Source: a virus
Taxonomy: Duplodnaviria > Caudoviricetes
DNA: 64,000 bases
Virus record (IMG/VR): IMGVR_UViG_3300048035_000179
Location: 44-64,043 of that record
Reading direction: 5' to 3' (one strand)
The notes under the pieces are model-generated. The model was not told where the DNA came from. It was given only the letters and a program-made list of their open reading frames with translations, and made no database searches. Position numbers and translations under genes: made by a program. Positions 50,369 to 57,922 of the stretch are shown here, in pieces (positions within the stretch are counted from its first letter, which is position 1; each line of letters starts with the position of its first letter).

Positions 50369-50626
50369 ATGGCTTACCAAGGAGGTTTAAGAAAATGGTT
50401 TAAAGAAAACTGGATTAATACATCCACAGGTAAAGCATGCGGTGAAGGTGACTCTGTTCAAAGTACTGGTAAATATTGTAGACCTACAAATAGGGTAGAC
50501 TCATCAACTCCTAAAACAGTAGGGGAGATTAAAAAAAGTACTTTAGCAAGAAAAAAGGCTGAGAAAAAGAAAAAAAGTAATAGTGGACCAACACCCACTA
50601 AAGTTAAACCGTTAAAAAGAGTATAA
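50369..50626 (+). CDS. Basic phage protein (DUF5872-related)
   Basis: GLRKWFKE.W...G..CG...YCRP..RV.S.TPKT motif. Confidence 0.7.
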   Translation: MAYQGGLRKWFKENWINTSTGKACGEGDSVQSTGKYCRPTNRVDSSTPKTVGEIKKSTLARKKAEKKKKSNSGPTPTKVKPLKRV

Positions 50627-50627
50627 T

Positions 50628-50810
50628 ATGTCAGAAAACAATCAAGCGTATGTTATAAGTGATCAAAACACTGCGGATGTTTTGACTATTAGAAAAATTG
50701 AAATGTTACTTGATGTTTTAGCGGCATTAGAAACCTCTAACGCTCCAGAGATTTACGGTATTAAGATATCGGTTATTGATAAACTAGATAAGTTAATTAA
50801 CAATCTGTAA
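50628..50810 (+). CDS. Hypothetical protein
   Basis: Last ORF of the + strand cluster. Confidence 0.5.
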   Translation: MSENNQAYVISDQNTADVLTIRKIEMLLDVLAALETSNAPEIYGIKISVIDKLDKLINNL

Positions 50811-50911
50811 CCATATTATCCCAATGAACTTGAAGTATTTTTATAGAAGGGTGGTATGGACAATCTATCTTCATTTGTAAGATATATTCCCCTAATAATG
50901 TTTTTGGCAGT

Positions 50912-51247
50912 TCAATCGCTGCTAAGTGATTTGTAAATTTTTTTGACTCTTTCATGATGCATAACTCGAAGCATATTTTTAAATTTCTTTTTATCTCCAA
51001 AGTATGAATGACACTCTCTACATAATGCCATCAAGTTCTCAGGGCTATCTTTCTCTGTTGAACCTCCCATACCTCTGGGATCTATATGGTGTATATCGAC
51101 AGCGGTAGTATCACATACTTCACAACCTATCCAATCACCAGGATCGTACATAAATGCTTCATGGTATAATTTAACGTGTTTTTTCAAAACAGCAAGTAAA
51201 TTAAGTATCCGAAAGTAACGTTGAGGTTTACAGCCACAATATTCCAT
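50912..51247 (-). CDS. HNH endonuclease (real start probably downstream of the annotated one)
   Basis: CEVC...DIHHI..RGMGG...NLMALCRECH. Confidence 0.85.
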   Translation of the reverse strand: MEYCGCKPQRYFRILNLLAVLKKHVKLYHEAFMYDPGDWIGCEVCDTTAVDIHHIDPRGMGGSTEKDSPENLMALCRECHSYFGDKKKFKNMLRVMHHERVKKIYKSLSSD

Positions 51248-51513
51248 TGCTTTGCTACAAACACCTGTGGTATTGAAAGGATGCCTCCGATCACATATGT
51301 AACCGCACCTATGTTATCATATCTCAATAAATAGGGCGATATCATAATAAACGCTGTACCCATATATCCCAGTCGATTCGAAATTTTTTCGATGGGGGTT
51401 AGTTTACGTTGTTTTACTAGATACCTTAAGAACTTCATATACCATGGCATCTTATTAAAAGGTATCTTTAATCGGGGGTGTCCTGCGTGATGGTTTGGAT
51501 TTTTTCTACTCAT
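51184..51513 (-). CDS. Small membrane protein (about 3 TM)
   Basis: Three hydrophobic segments, with PQ and KQWN motifs. Confidence 0.6.
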   Translation of the reverse strand: MSRKNPNHHAGHPRLKIPFNKMPWYMKFLRYLVKQRKLTPIEKISNRLGYMGTAFIMISPYLLRYDNIGAVTYVIGGILSIPQVFVAKQWNIVAVNLNVTFGYLIYLLF

Positions 51514-51539
51514 TTTAAAAAATTTTTATTTGGGGGTAT

Positions 51540-51776
51540 TTATATATCCCAACACCATATAGGTGTGTTAATCCCAAGAACTGATCCACTCACATTATAA
51601 GTGAAGTATTCTAAAGCGTCTATTTCATCCATTTCTTCTTTAAGTATCTCAATACATAAGTGAACTGAATAAATCAAAACCATCTTGTTTAACTCTAAAC
51701 CTATGACAGCCTCATCAAACCCATCCGCAGTTAAAAAATTTTCATCTGGGTAATTATCTAAAATTCTTTCTAACAT
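51540..51776 (-). CDS. Conserved phage hypothetical protein
   Basis: ADGFDEAVIG...A.EYF.YNV.G...TPI motif. Confidence 0.7.
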   Translation of the reverse strand: MLERILDNYPDENFLTADGFDEAVIGLELNKMVLIYSVHLCIEILKEEMDEIDALEYFTYNVSGSVLGINTPIWCWDI

Positions 51777-51781
51777 AACTT

Positions 51782-51883
51782 CTATTCATCTTCCCAGTCT
51801 TCAGGAAATAATATTTTTGACAACTTCTTTGAAACTACGGACACTATTATAGCGACCATTATCCATCCTAACGCTTTTATCAT
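51782..51883 (-). CDS. Small membrane peptide (33 aa)
   Basis: MIKALGWIMVAIIVSVVSKKLSKILFPEDWEDE, with an ATGA overlap with the upstream gene. Confidence 0.55.
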   Translation of the reverse strand: MIKALGWIMVAIIVSVVSKKLSKILFPEDWEDE

Positions 51884-52428
51884 GATTTTACTTGTTTTGG
51901 GGTGTCATATCTATATCTACGTTTGTCTATCTTAAACTCGTAGTACTTATTTCTCTCGTTTATCGTTACTAGGTTCCACTCCTTTATATCTTCCTTCTTA
52001 AAGTTTAGTAAAACATACCTTTGTCCCGATAAGAATAATACAAACAATACATAGTCAACATCTAACTTATCAATAGTAAACATGTTTACTTTGAGTGATC
52101 TCTCACAACCCTTAACATCAATCTTTTTGTCGTTAACCACTAAGTCAGCATCACTAACACCTTTCTCCTTAACAAAGGCTGAAGTTGTATAGTTTGTCCC
52201 TTTTAAATCAAAGTTATGACGAACTAGTAACTCCGCTAGTATACCCTTAAAGTCTGTGTAAAATTCGTTGTCGACTGGGTGGTCAAACAATATTGGGTGT
52301 TTGTATTCATATTTTCTAGACTTCCAATAAAGTTTCTTGTAATGATCTCTATTAGCCATAACTCTAGTATCAACATAAAGTCTAGCGTGATCAAATATAC
52401 ATTTTGGTATTTCAAATGGTCCCTCCAA
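51880..52428 (-). CDS. PD-(D/E)XK-like nuclease
   Basis: G.LAE...D.DL......IDVKG...D.DY.LF pattern. Confidence 0.6.
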   Translation of the reverse strand: MEGPFEIPKCIFDHARLYVDTRVMANRDHYKKLYWKSRKYEYKHPILFDHPVDNEFYTDFKGILAELLVRHNFDLKGTNYTTSAFVKEKGVSDADLVVNDKKIDVKGCERSLKVNMFTIDKLDVDYVLFVLFLSGQRYVLLNFKKEDIKEWNLVTINERNKYYEFKIDKRRYRYDTPKQVKS

Positions 52429-53011
52429 TAATCTTTCCTAATAAATCATCCTGTCTCATCACGTAATAATCAACTCCCTCGATTTTGTTTAGAAAAGCAT
52501 TTCTTTCATGAAACCTTACCTTATCTCCACTAACCAAACCCAGTTCATCCTTGCCCTTTAGTGGTAGACTTATATGCCTTACATAACCCTCGGTCTCACT
52601 CTTCTTAGGTACGCCTACATATATAGACCCTATCTTCTCCTCAACCTCATCAGGTTCCACTAATACATGATTGGAAATAGCAGTAAGACTTCCGCTCCTC
52701 ACAAAACAAAAGCATTCTTCTAAATCGACAAGGTAGACGTCACTCTCTCCAGTTACAAGATTATCAGGCTGTACAGTCAGATAATTAAAATAGGCGAGAT
52801 CGCCATCTTGCAACTCCTGTTTGATCCAATCCCCTCTTGTGTTTTTACACCACTCTCCTCTAGGCAAAGCCACGACCACTCCACATATTGTAACGTGGTG
52901 TTCTGGATTCCATGTAACGTCTAAATATAGTTTTTCTCCAGACGAAAATTCAACCTCATCGTTGTATTTCTTCGAAATCTTAACCGCTATTTTTTGACCA
53001 ATCATATTCAT
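52412..53011 (-). CDS. Tandem GroES-like co-chaperonin
   Basis: Two GroES-like units: G.VVALP...GDL.YF and NHVLVEP...GSIYV...GDKVRF...IEGVDYYVMRQDDLLG. Confidence 0.8.
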   Translation of the reverse strand: MNMIGQKIAVKISKKYNDEVEFSSGEKLYLDVTWNPEHHVTICGVVVALPRGEWCKNTRGDWIKQELQDGDLAYFNYLTVQPDNLVTGESDVYLVDLEECFCFVRSGSLTAISNHVLVEPDEVEEKIGSIYVGVPKKSETEGYVRHISLPLKGKDELGLVSGDKVRFHERNAFLNKIEGVDYYVMRQDDLLGKIIGGTI

Positions 53012-53018
53012 ATGTCAT

Positions 53019-53047
53019 GCAATTTAAAAAAATGAACCATTGTTCAA
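53019..53047 (-). promoter_or_regulatory. Bacteroidota sigma-A-type promoter for the GroES unit
   Basis: The - strand has TTG...TAAATTGC, 7 nt before the ATG at 53011. Confidence 0.5.
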
Positions 53048-53087
53048 TGCCGATTGATTAAGTTTTTATTAACACGAAATTAACTGA

Positions 53088-53215
53088 TAGACATTATGTC
53101 TAGCACTGGTAGACAAATTGGCTACCCAAAAATAAATTTGGTAGTTAGATATATATTAGTATATTATATATATATTATATATTATACTAGTATTATAAAT
53201 TAAACTATTATAATA
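53088..53215. other. Putative replication origin (two palindromic iterons plus an AT-rich unwinding element)
   Basis: TAGACATTATGTCTA (53088-53102) and TAGACAAATTGGCTA (53110-53124) lie 22 bp apart, followed by about 65 bp of almost pure A/T. Intergenic between divergent units. Confidence 0.55.
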
Positions 53216-53643
53216 CATGATCACCCCGAATTGAATTTAAGAGGTTTTAAGAGACTCTAAAATAATCGGCTTTATAATACCATTATTATTTCGTGAAAGT
53301 TTCTTAAATTTGCTCAGAATGATTGTAGATGGCTTTTTGTGGTAATACATATATATACTACCCGTTGACGCAAAAAGGGAAGTGGATTTTGGCAAGTGGG
53401 TAGGTCGGCATTTAGGAGTTGTAAAACGAAATCGGATTCTCATTAGGAATCCACACAAACCACATAACCTATTGACATTCAGTCTTTTGCATAGTATCTC
53501 ACGTTGTTTTGTGTAGATTTTGCTACCAGGTAACACTAAAAAAGGGAAACGATGCAACAAACTAAACGAACAAAGAAAAATTTCCTCCTCTTTAAAGAGA
53601 TGGAGTTATACAATGAACGAAACCAACAACAAACAATTGACAC

Positions 53644-54030
53644 GTGAAAGTAGGACAAAAGTTAAGAGAATTATTTAGTCATCAGAAAGCAATACAAAAG
53701 TATCTTAAGAGTATTGACAATGACTTCACACCTAAAACAATTTACATCTTTTTAGGATGTAGTATAATAGAATCAGAATGTAAATCAGACTTCAGTTACT
53801 ACGAAATAAAATCAGTGTTAAGGTTACTAGATAAAATGGAACTTGTCAAGTCAACTAACCCTCATCAATTCTACAGAGAACACAAGAAACTTTTGAACGA
53901 AGGTTTTATAGAACGTCAAACAAAACGAGCCAAGTACACCAAACAACAATTCAACGTGACTATCTATGGTCGTATGCAGTTAAGACGTATCTATAACTAT
54001 CTTATACGTGAGTTGTATACTTCCCTATAG
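53644..54030 (+). CDS. Winged-HTH regulator (MarR/PadR-like)
   Basis: KKLLNEGFIER...FNVTIYGR wing motif. GTG start. Confidence 0.6.
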   Translation: MKVGQKLRELFSHQKAIQKYLKSIDNDFTPKTIYIFLGCSIIESECKSDFSYYEIKSVLRLLDKMELVKSTNPHQFYREHKKLLNEGFIERQTKRAKYTKQQFNVTIYGRMQLRRIYNYLIRELYTSL

Positions 54031-54222
54031 TAATTTAATAAGGTCACCCCAAAACCATATGTAAAGTAAACGCCAAAAACTATACACAATACAATTGTTA
54101 TGTAAAGATAATCAACGTTTTACATCAGATAAATTATGATCGATACAAGTCTATAAATTACCCCCCAAAAAAAATCTCGGTCGACCAAAAAATGTGTGCA
54201 GTAAATGTGCAACAATGCATTT

Positions 54223-54230
54223 TATGTTTG
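54223..54230 (+). promoter_or_regulatory. Bacteroidota -7 box (TAnnTTTG), near-leaderless
   Basis: TATGTTTG, 4 nt before ATG 54235. Confidence 0.6.
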
Positions 54231-54234
54231 CAGT

Positions 54235-54396
54235 ATGAAAAAATATAATTGGACAAACTTATCAGTACAACAGAAAATTAATGTAAAACAACATGCAATC
54301 AATTTGTATGGTAAAAGATGGCACACATCCAAACCAAACTTCTGTAGCAAATTAAACTATTTAGAAATCTATAGCATACTACATAGTTATACCTAA
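54235..54396 (+). CDS. Small early hypothetical protein
   Basis: MKKYNWTNLS..., directly after the -7 box. Confidence 0.5.
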   Translation: MKKYNWTNLSVQQKINVKQHAINLYGKRWHTSKPNFCSKLNYLEIYSILHSYT

Positions 54397-54527
54397 CGAA
54401 ACCAAAGTCGAACTTTTTTAAAACTATATAGTCTTATATAGAATGTTCTTCCCTCTATAGATATTTAACAATCGTTCAAGGTCACCCCAAACTAAAATCA
54501 TTCTGTATGACATTTTTATGCACATAT

Positions 54528-54558
54528 TTTGTGGATAACTAAATTTGTTGTATATTGC
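54528..54558 (+). promoter_or_regulatory. Early promoter (Bacteroidota sigma-A type)
   Basis: TTTG (54528) N19 TATATTGC (54551), plus a perfect TAAATTTG at 54540-54547. Confidence 0.6.
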
Positions 54559-54630
54559 CAACTGAACGAGCGTTCATAACGACATATCGAACGCTAACAA
54601 ACTGAAAATCAATTATTTAAACTAAAAATT

Positions 54631-54903
54631 ATGATGCTTAACAAAATTAACCTTTCCACAATTGATGACAATACGCTTGACCAAGCGATGAATATTTTTG
54701 ATTGTATTCCTTTTACTATTCTAGACCATTACTCAAAGAAATTTAATATAGGTACACTTGATTTATGTGTAGATGTTTTATTATCTAATAAAGAATGGCA
54801 TTTGAGACTTTCACACCCTATGACATATACAACTCTTGAAGATATAATTCACGACTTTATTGGTTTAGCAAATAGAGACGAACACTTTGTTCCTAGGATT
54901 TAA
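54631..54903 (+). CDS. Early hypothetical protein
   Basis: A-rich leader. C-terminal HDFIGL.N.D.HFVPR. Confidence 0.65.
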   Translation: MMLNKINLSTIDDNTLDQAMNIFDCIPFTILDHYSKKFNIGTLDLCVDVLLSNKEWHLRLSHPMTYTTLEDIIHDFIGLANRDEHFVPRI

Positions 54904-54953
54904 GGCTAACTGATGAGGATTTAATATCCGAAACGCTGTGAAGCGTCTTAGTC
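54904..54953 (+). ncRNA. Hammerhead ribozyme, type I
   Basis: Stem I GGCTAA/TTAGTC; core CTGATGA; stem II GGAT-TTAAT-ATCC; GAAA; stem III ACGCT-GTGA-AGCGT; GUC cleavage triplet (cut after C54947). Entirely intergenic. Confidence 0.92.
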
Positions 54954-54957
54954 AATA

Positions 54958-55926
54958 ATGACAAATAATTTAAACTATTACACTATGTATGTAAACTCAA
55001 ATGGTCAATTAACAGACATTCACGCTGACCACGTGAATCCAACTCAAGCACAACAACTACTTCACAAATTCAATTTAGATTGGGAGGTAAAAAAATTCCC
55101 TCTTCAGTTTGAGACTCCATCTTCATTTAGCGATGACTCTAGACTTAACCAAAAGCACGATAGTGGTTTTTATGGTGTTGTAAGAACAGACAACAACGAT
55201 TGCTTTGGAGCATTCACAGACCAATACGAAACTTTTCAGAACTCTGAACTTGCTGAACTTGTGTTAGAAATTGCTGATGCTATTGGTCAACCTATCTCAA
55301 ATGGTGCAGAATTCAAAGGTGGTAGAAAAGTGATGTTGCAAGTTGATTTGAATCCCGTTAAAATTGGTGACGATACAATCACTAGAAAAGCAACTGCTAT
55401 CAATTCTCACGATGGCTCTACTTCATTACGATGGGGAACAACGGGAACAACTATTTCTTGTGCAAATCAATTCAGTGCAATCAGCAAAGAATTAGAGAAC
55501 TCTGTACGTCACACACGTAATATGCGAGATGCTATCTCTAGGTCTCTACGTATTCTTGAGAATATGGAAAAAGCAGATAAGTCTTTATTTGAGATATTCT
55601 CTTCTATGACTGATTACAAGGTCACCCAAAAACAAGTGAACGAGACAATCAATTTAATTACTGGTGTTGATGTCAATATGGGTGAAACCAAAGCACGTGA
55701 GCAGTATTCTACTAGAAAGTTAAATCAGACTCAAGACTTGGTGCAATCTATCGTTAAAGAGATGTCTTACAAGGGCGATACACTATGGGGATTGTTTAGT
55801 GGTGTAACACACTACACAACTCACAAAGGTGGCTCAGATAGAACTAGAGAAGAATCCAAGTATGTTGGAGGTCTTCAGAGACTCGACCAAAAGGTCTTCA
55901 ACAAGTTTGCAACTTTAGTATCATAA
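54958..55926 (+). CDS. DUF932 family phage/plasmid protein (start may be ATG 54985)
   Basis: LDWEV.K.PL, VRTD, Y...QN.E, GGRKV, NSHDGS.S, CANQ and TLWGLF.GVT.YTTH motifs. Confidence 0.9.
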   Translation: MTNNLNYYTMYVNSNGQLTDIHADHVNPTQAQQLLHKFNLDWEVKKFPLQFETPSSFSDDSRLNQKHDSGFYGVVRTDNNDCFGAFTDQYETFQNSELAELVLEIADAIGQPISNGAEFKGGRKVMLQVDLNPVKIGDDTITRKATAINSHDGSTSLRWGTTGTTISCANQFSAISKELENSVRHTRNMRDAISRSLRILENMEKADKSLFEIFSSMTDYKVTQKQVNETINLITGVDVNMGETKAREQYSTRKLNQTQDLVQSIVKEMSYKGDTLWGLFSGVTHYTTHKGGSDRTREESKYVGGLQRLDQKVFNKFATLVS

Positions 55927-55938
55927 GCAAACTAACCA

Positions 55939-55996
55939 ATCGCTAATGCCTTGCACAGAAATGTGCGAGGTTTTGGTGGTAAAGGGCAATAATGCC
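55939..55996 (+). ncRNA. Structured intergenic RNA (long GNRA-capped hairpin plus a small hairpin)
   Basis: ATCGCTAA-T-GCCTTGCACA-GAAA-TGTGCGAGGT-T-TTGGTGGT forms 18 bp with 5 G-U pairs, followed by GGCA-ATAA-TGCC. Confidence 0.55.
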
Positions 55997-56017
55997 ATAT
56001 CATTTAAACTATATAAT

Positions 56018-56152
56018 ATGAATTTAAAATTAATGATTCAAAAATCAATTATCTACACATTGACTTCATTGGTCGCAATTACTTGGACAATGCTTGTCTT
56101 TCATTTACTAACCAAAGGCATTGATGCGAACGCATCATTTGGTCTTTATTAA
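56018..56152 (+). CDS. Small membrane protein
   Basis: Start reassigned to the junction-motif ATG. One hydrophobic helix. Confidence 0.6.
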   Translation: MNLKLMIQKSIIYTLTSLVAITWTMLVFHLLTKGIDANASFGLY

Positions 56153-56163
56153 AACTATATAAT

Positions 56164-56607
56164 ATGAAACAGAATAGTAAAGAAATTACACTTTGGGCGA
56201 GACGATGCTCAGTAACACTACAAGGAATGAATGCAGGTTATGTATGGGATGATGGATGTTATTATTGTGTTGATGATGATGAAATTGCTAATGCTGAATT
56301 TAGAAAAGACAGAGAGCATATCATTAGTTACATTCCAAAAAATTTATCTGATATTGATTTCTTCGATGATTATGATGAACACGATGAGGAAAACTATCTG
56401 TCAGCAATAGATAGAGTAAAACAAAACAAGGATACTGATGAAGACTTAAAAACTCTCTCTTATTTATTTGGCTTACACTACTACACAGAATGGATGGATG
56501 ATGATGATATTCAGTATGTCGAGATAGATGGTGTAATCTATAATGAAGAAGATAAACAATTTATTATGGCGATGGAATTGAATAAGGTCGCCCAAAATTT
56601 AGGATAG
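56164..56607 (+). CDS. Acidic early hypothetical protein
   Basis: ARRCSVT..GMN.GY...YYTEW motif. Junction-motif start. Confidence 0.75.
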   Translation: MKQNSKEITLWARRCSVTLQGMNAGYVWDDGCYYCVDDDEIANAEFRKDREHIISYIPKNLSDIDFFDDYDEHDEENYLSAIDRVKQNKDTDEDLKTLSYLFGLHYYTEWMDDDDIQYVEIDGVIYNEEDKQFIMAMELNKVAQNLG

Positions 56608-56645
56608 TATGGTACTTAGGGAGCGTTCGATTCCTCCCTATCCAC
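56602..56645 (+). ncRNA. tRNA-like minihelix (acceptor stem plus T-arm only)
   Basis: GGATAG/CTATCC stem enclosing GGAG-C-G-TTCGATT-C-CTCC with a canonical T-loop. No D or anticodon arm. Confidence 0.4.
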
Positions 56646-56679
56646 AATGCAATATTGCAGATTATTTAAACTAAACAAT

Positions 56680-57048
56680 ATGGGATACAACACAGATTTT
56701 AGAGGAACGTTAGAATTCAACAAGCCTCTTACAGAAGAAATGATCAAAACTTATGAATCATTTAAAGAGATGAGACACGAAGATGGCTATCAGCCAAATG
56801 GAAAGCCTTCAATATGGTTACAATGGGAAATCGTAGAAGATGATGGAAAGCATTATCTAGAATGGGATGGAGGAGAAAAGTTTTACAAGTATGTAGAATG
56901 GCTTGAGTACGTAATTAAGTACATCTTCAAAGGATGGGGATTATTACTGAATGGTCGAATAGAATGGAGAGGTGAAGAGTGGGATGATGTTGGCTATATC
57001 GAGGTCGAAAATAACAAAGTTAAAAGTGGAGATTTACAATTTCAATAA
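56680..57048 (+). CDS. Conserved phage early protein
   Basis: MGYNTDFRG...P..W.QW...WDGGEKFY.YVEWL...LNG.I.W.GEE..D.G. Start reassigned to 56680. Confidence 0.75.
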   Translation: MGYNTDFRGTLEFNKPLTEEMIKTYESFKEMRHEDGYQPNGKPSIWLQWEIVEDDGKHYLEWDGGEKFYKYVEWLEYVIKYIFKGWGLLLNGRIEWRGEEWDDVGYIEVENNKVKSGDLQFQ

Positions 57049-57059
57049 AACTATATAAG

Positions 57060-57635
57060 ATGGCAAATAACTGCAACAATTGGATAAGTTTTGTCGGTAG
57101 CAAAACTTCCCTTAAGAGACTAGAAAAGAAACTTAAAACTTATGACAAATCTAAATACTTTACAGAGTGGAGCGAGTATGTTATAGGAATAGGTGAACTT
57201 GATGGAGGAGAAGGTTTCAAATTGAAATATGGAACTGACCATAATGTATATTATATGTATGGAACTAGATGGTTTGATTTCTTCATTGAGGAAGAGGATA
57301 ACCTTTTAAGAGTATATGGGGATTCTGCTTGGTCGCCCCCAATCAAATTTGTAGAGGAGGTTTGTAAAAAATTTAAACTCAAGGCTGAAATGGATTACGA
57401 GGAGTGTGGATGTGACTTTGGAGGTCGAGCATTTTTTGATGAACAAGGAATTATCGAACGAAAAGATTATTCATATGATCATTGGAGATACATAGATAAT
57501 TATGAGGGATGGGAAGATGAATTATCTGATAGATTTGCTGACGAGGATTTGTCTTTGGAAGAGGCTTTGGAAGAACACCCTTATGCAAAAAAAGAAGAAA
57601 TAGAAAAAATATATAATAAATCAAAAACTATATAA
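57060..57635 (+). CDS. DUF1281/YubB ferredoxin-like domain protein
   Basis: MAN.C.N, GT.W, DSAWSPP and YEE.GCDF.G motifs. Confidence 0.75.
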   Translation: MANNCNNWISFVGSKTSLKRLEKKLKTYDKSKYFTEWSEYVIGIGELDGGEGFKLKYGTDHNVYYMYGTRWFDFFIEEEDNLLRVYGDSAWSPPIKFVEEVCKKFKLKAEMDYEECGCDFGGRAFFDEQGIIERKDYSYDHWRYIDNYEGWEDELSDRFADEDLSLEEALEEHPYAKKEEIEKIYNKSKTI

Positions 57636-57636
57636 T

Positions 57637-57921
57637 ATGAAAAACAATAAACTTATAGCAGAATTTATGGGGATGACTTATGGAGATTCTTGGTATCGCA
57701 AATCAATGAGATACAACGTTTCTTGGGATTGGCTGATGCCCGTAGTTGAAAAGATTGAAAGCCTTGGTTATGAATTTACAATAGTTGAGAATAGATGTAA
57801 AGTGAGCAACAATACTGACCATTCTGTAGAAGAGTTATTTCATATAGAAACAATAGGTAGTAAGTTTAAAACTACATACGATGCCGTAGTAGAATTTATT
57901 AAAAACTATAAAAACAAATAA
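57637..57921 (+). CDS. IAEFMG...SWDWLMPVVEKIE family protein, copy 1
   Basis: Conserved blocks shared with the next gene. Confidence 0.75.
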   Translation: MKNNKLIAEFMGMTYGDSWYRKSMRYNVSWDWLMPVVEKIESLGYEFTIVENRCKVSNNTDHSVEELFHIETIGSKFKTTYDAVVEFIKNYKNK

Positions 57922-57922
57922 G

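Noticed and set aside
53237-53560. 107-aa minus-strand ORF in the divergent intergenic region
   Set aside because: No recognisable motif or A-rich leader. It is more likely regulatory or packaging-related non-coding DNA, though it cannot be excluded.
56602-56645. Bona fide tRNA gene
   Set aside because: Only about 44 nt, with no D arm or anticodon arm. Reported as a tRNA-like element instead.
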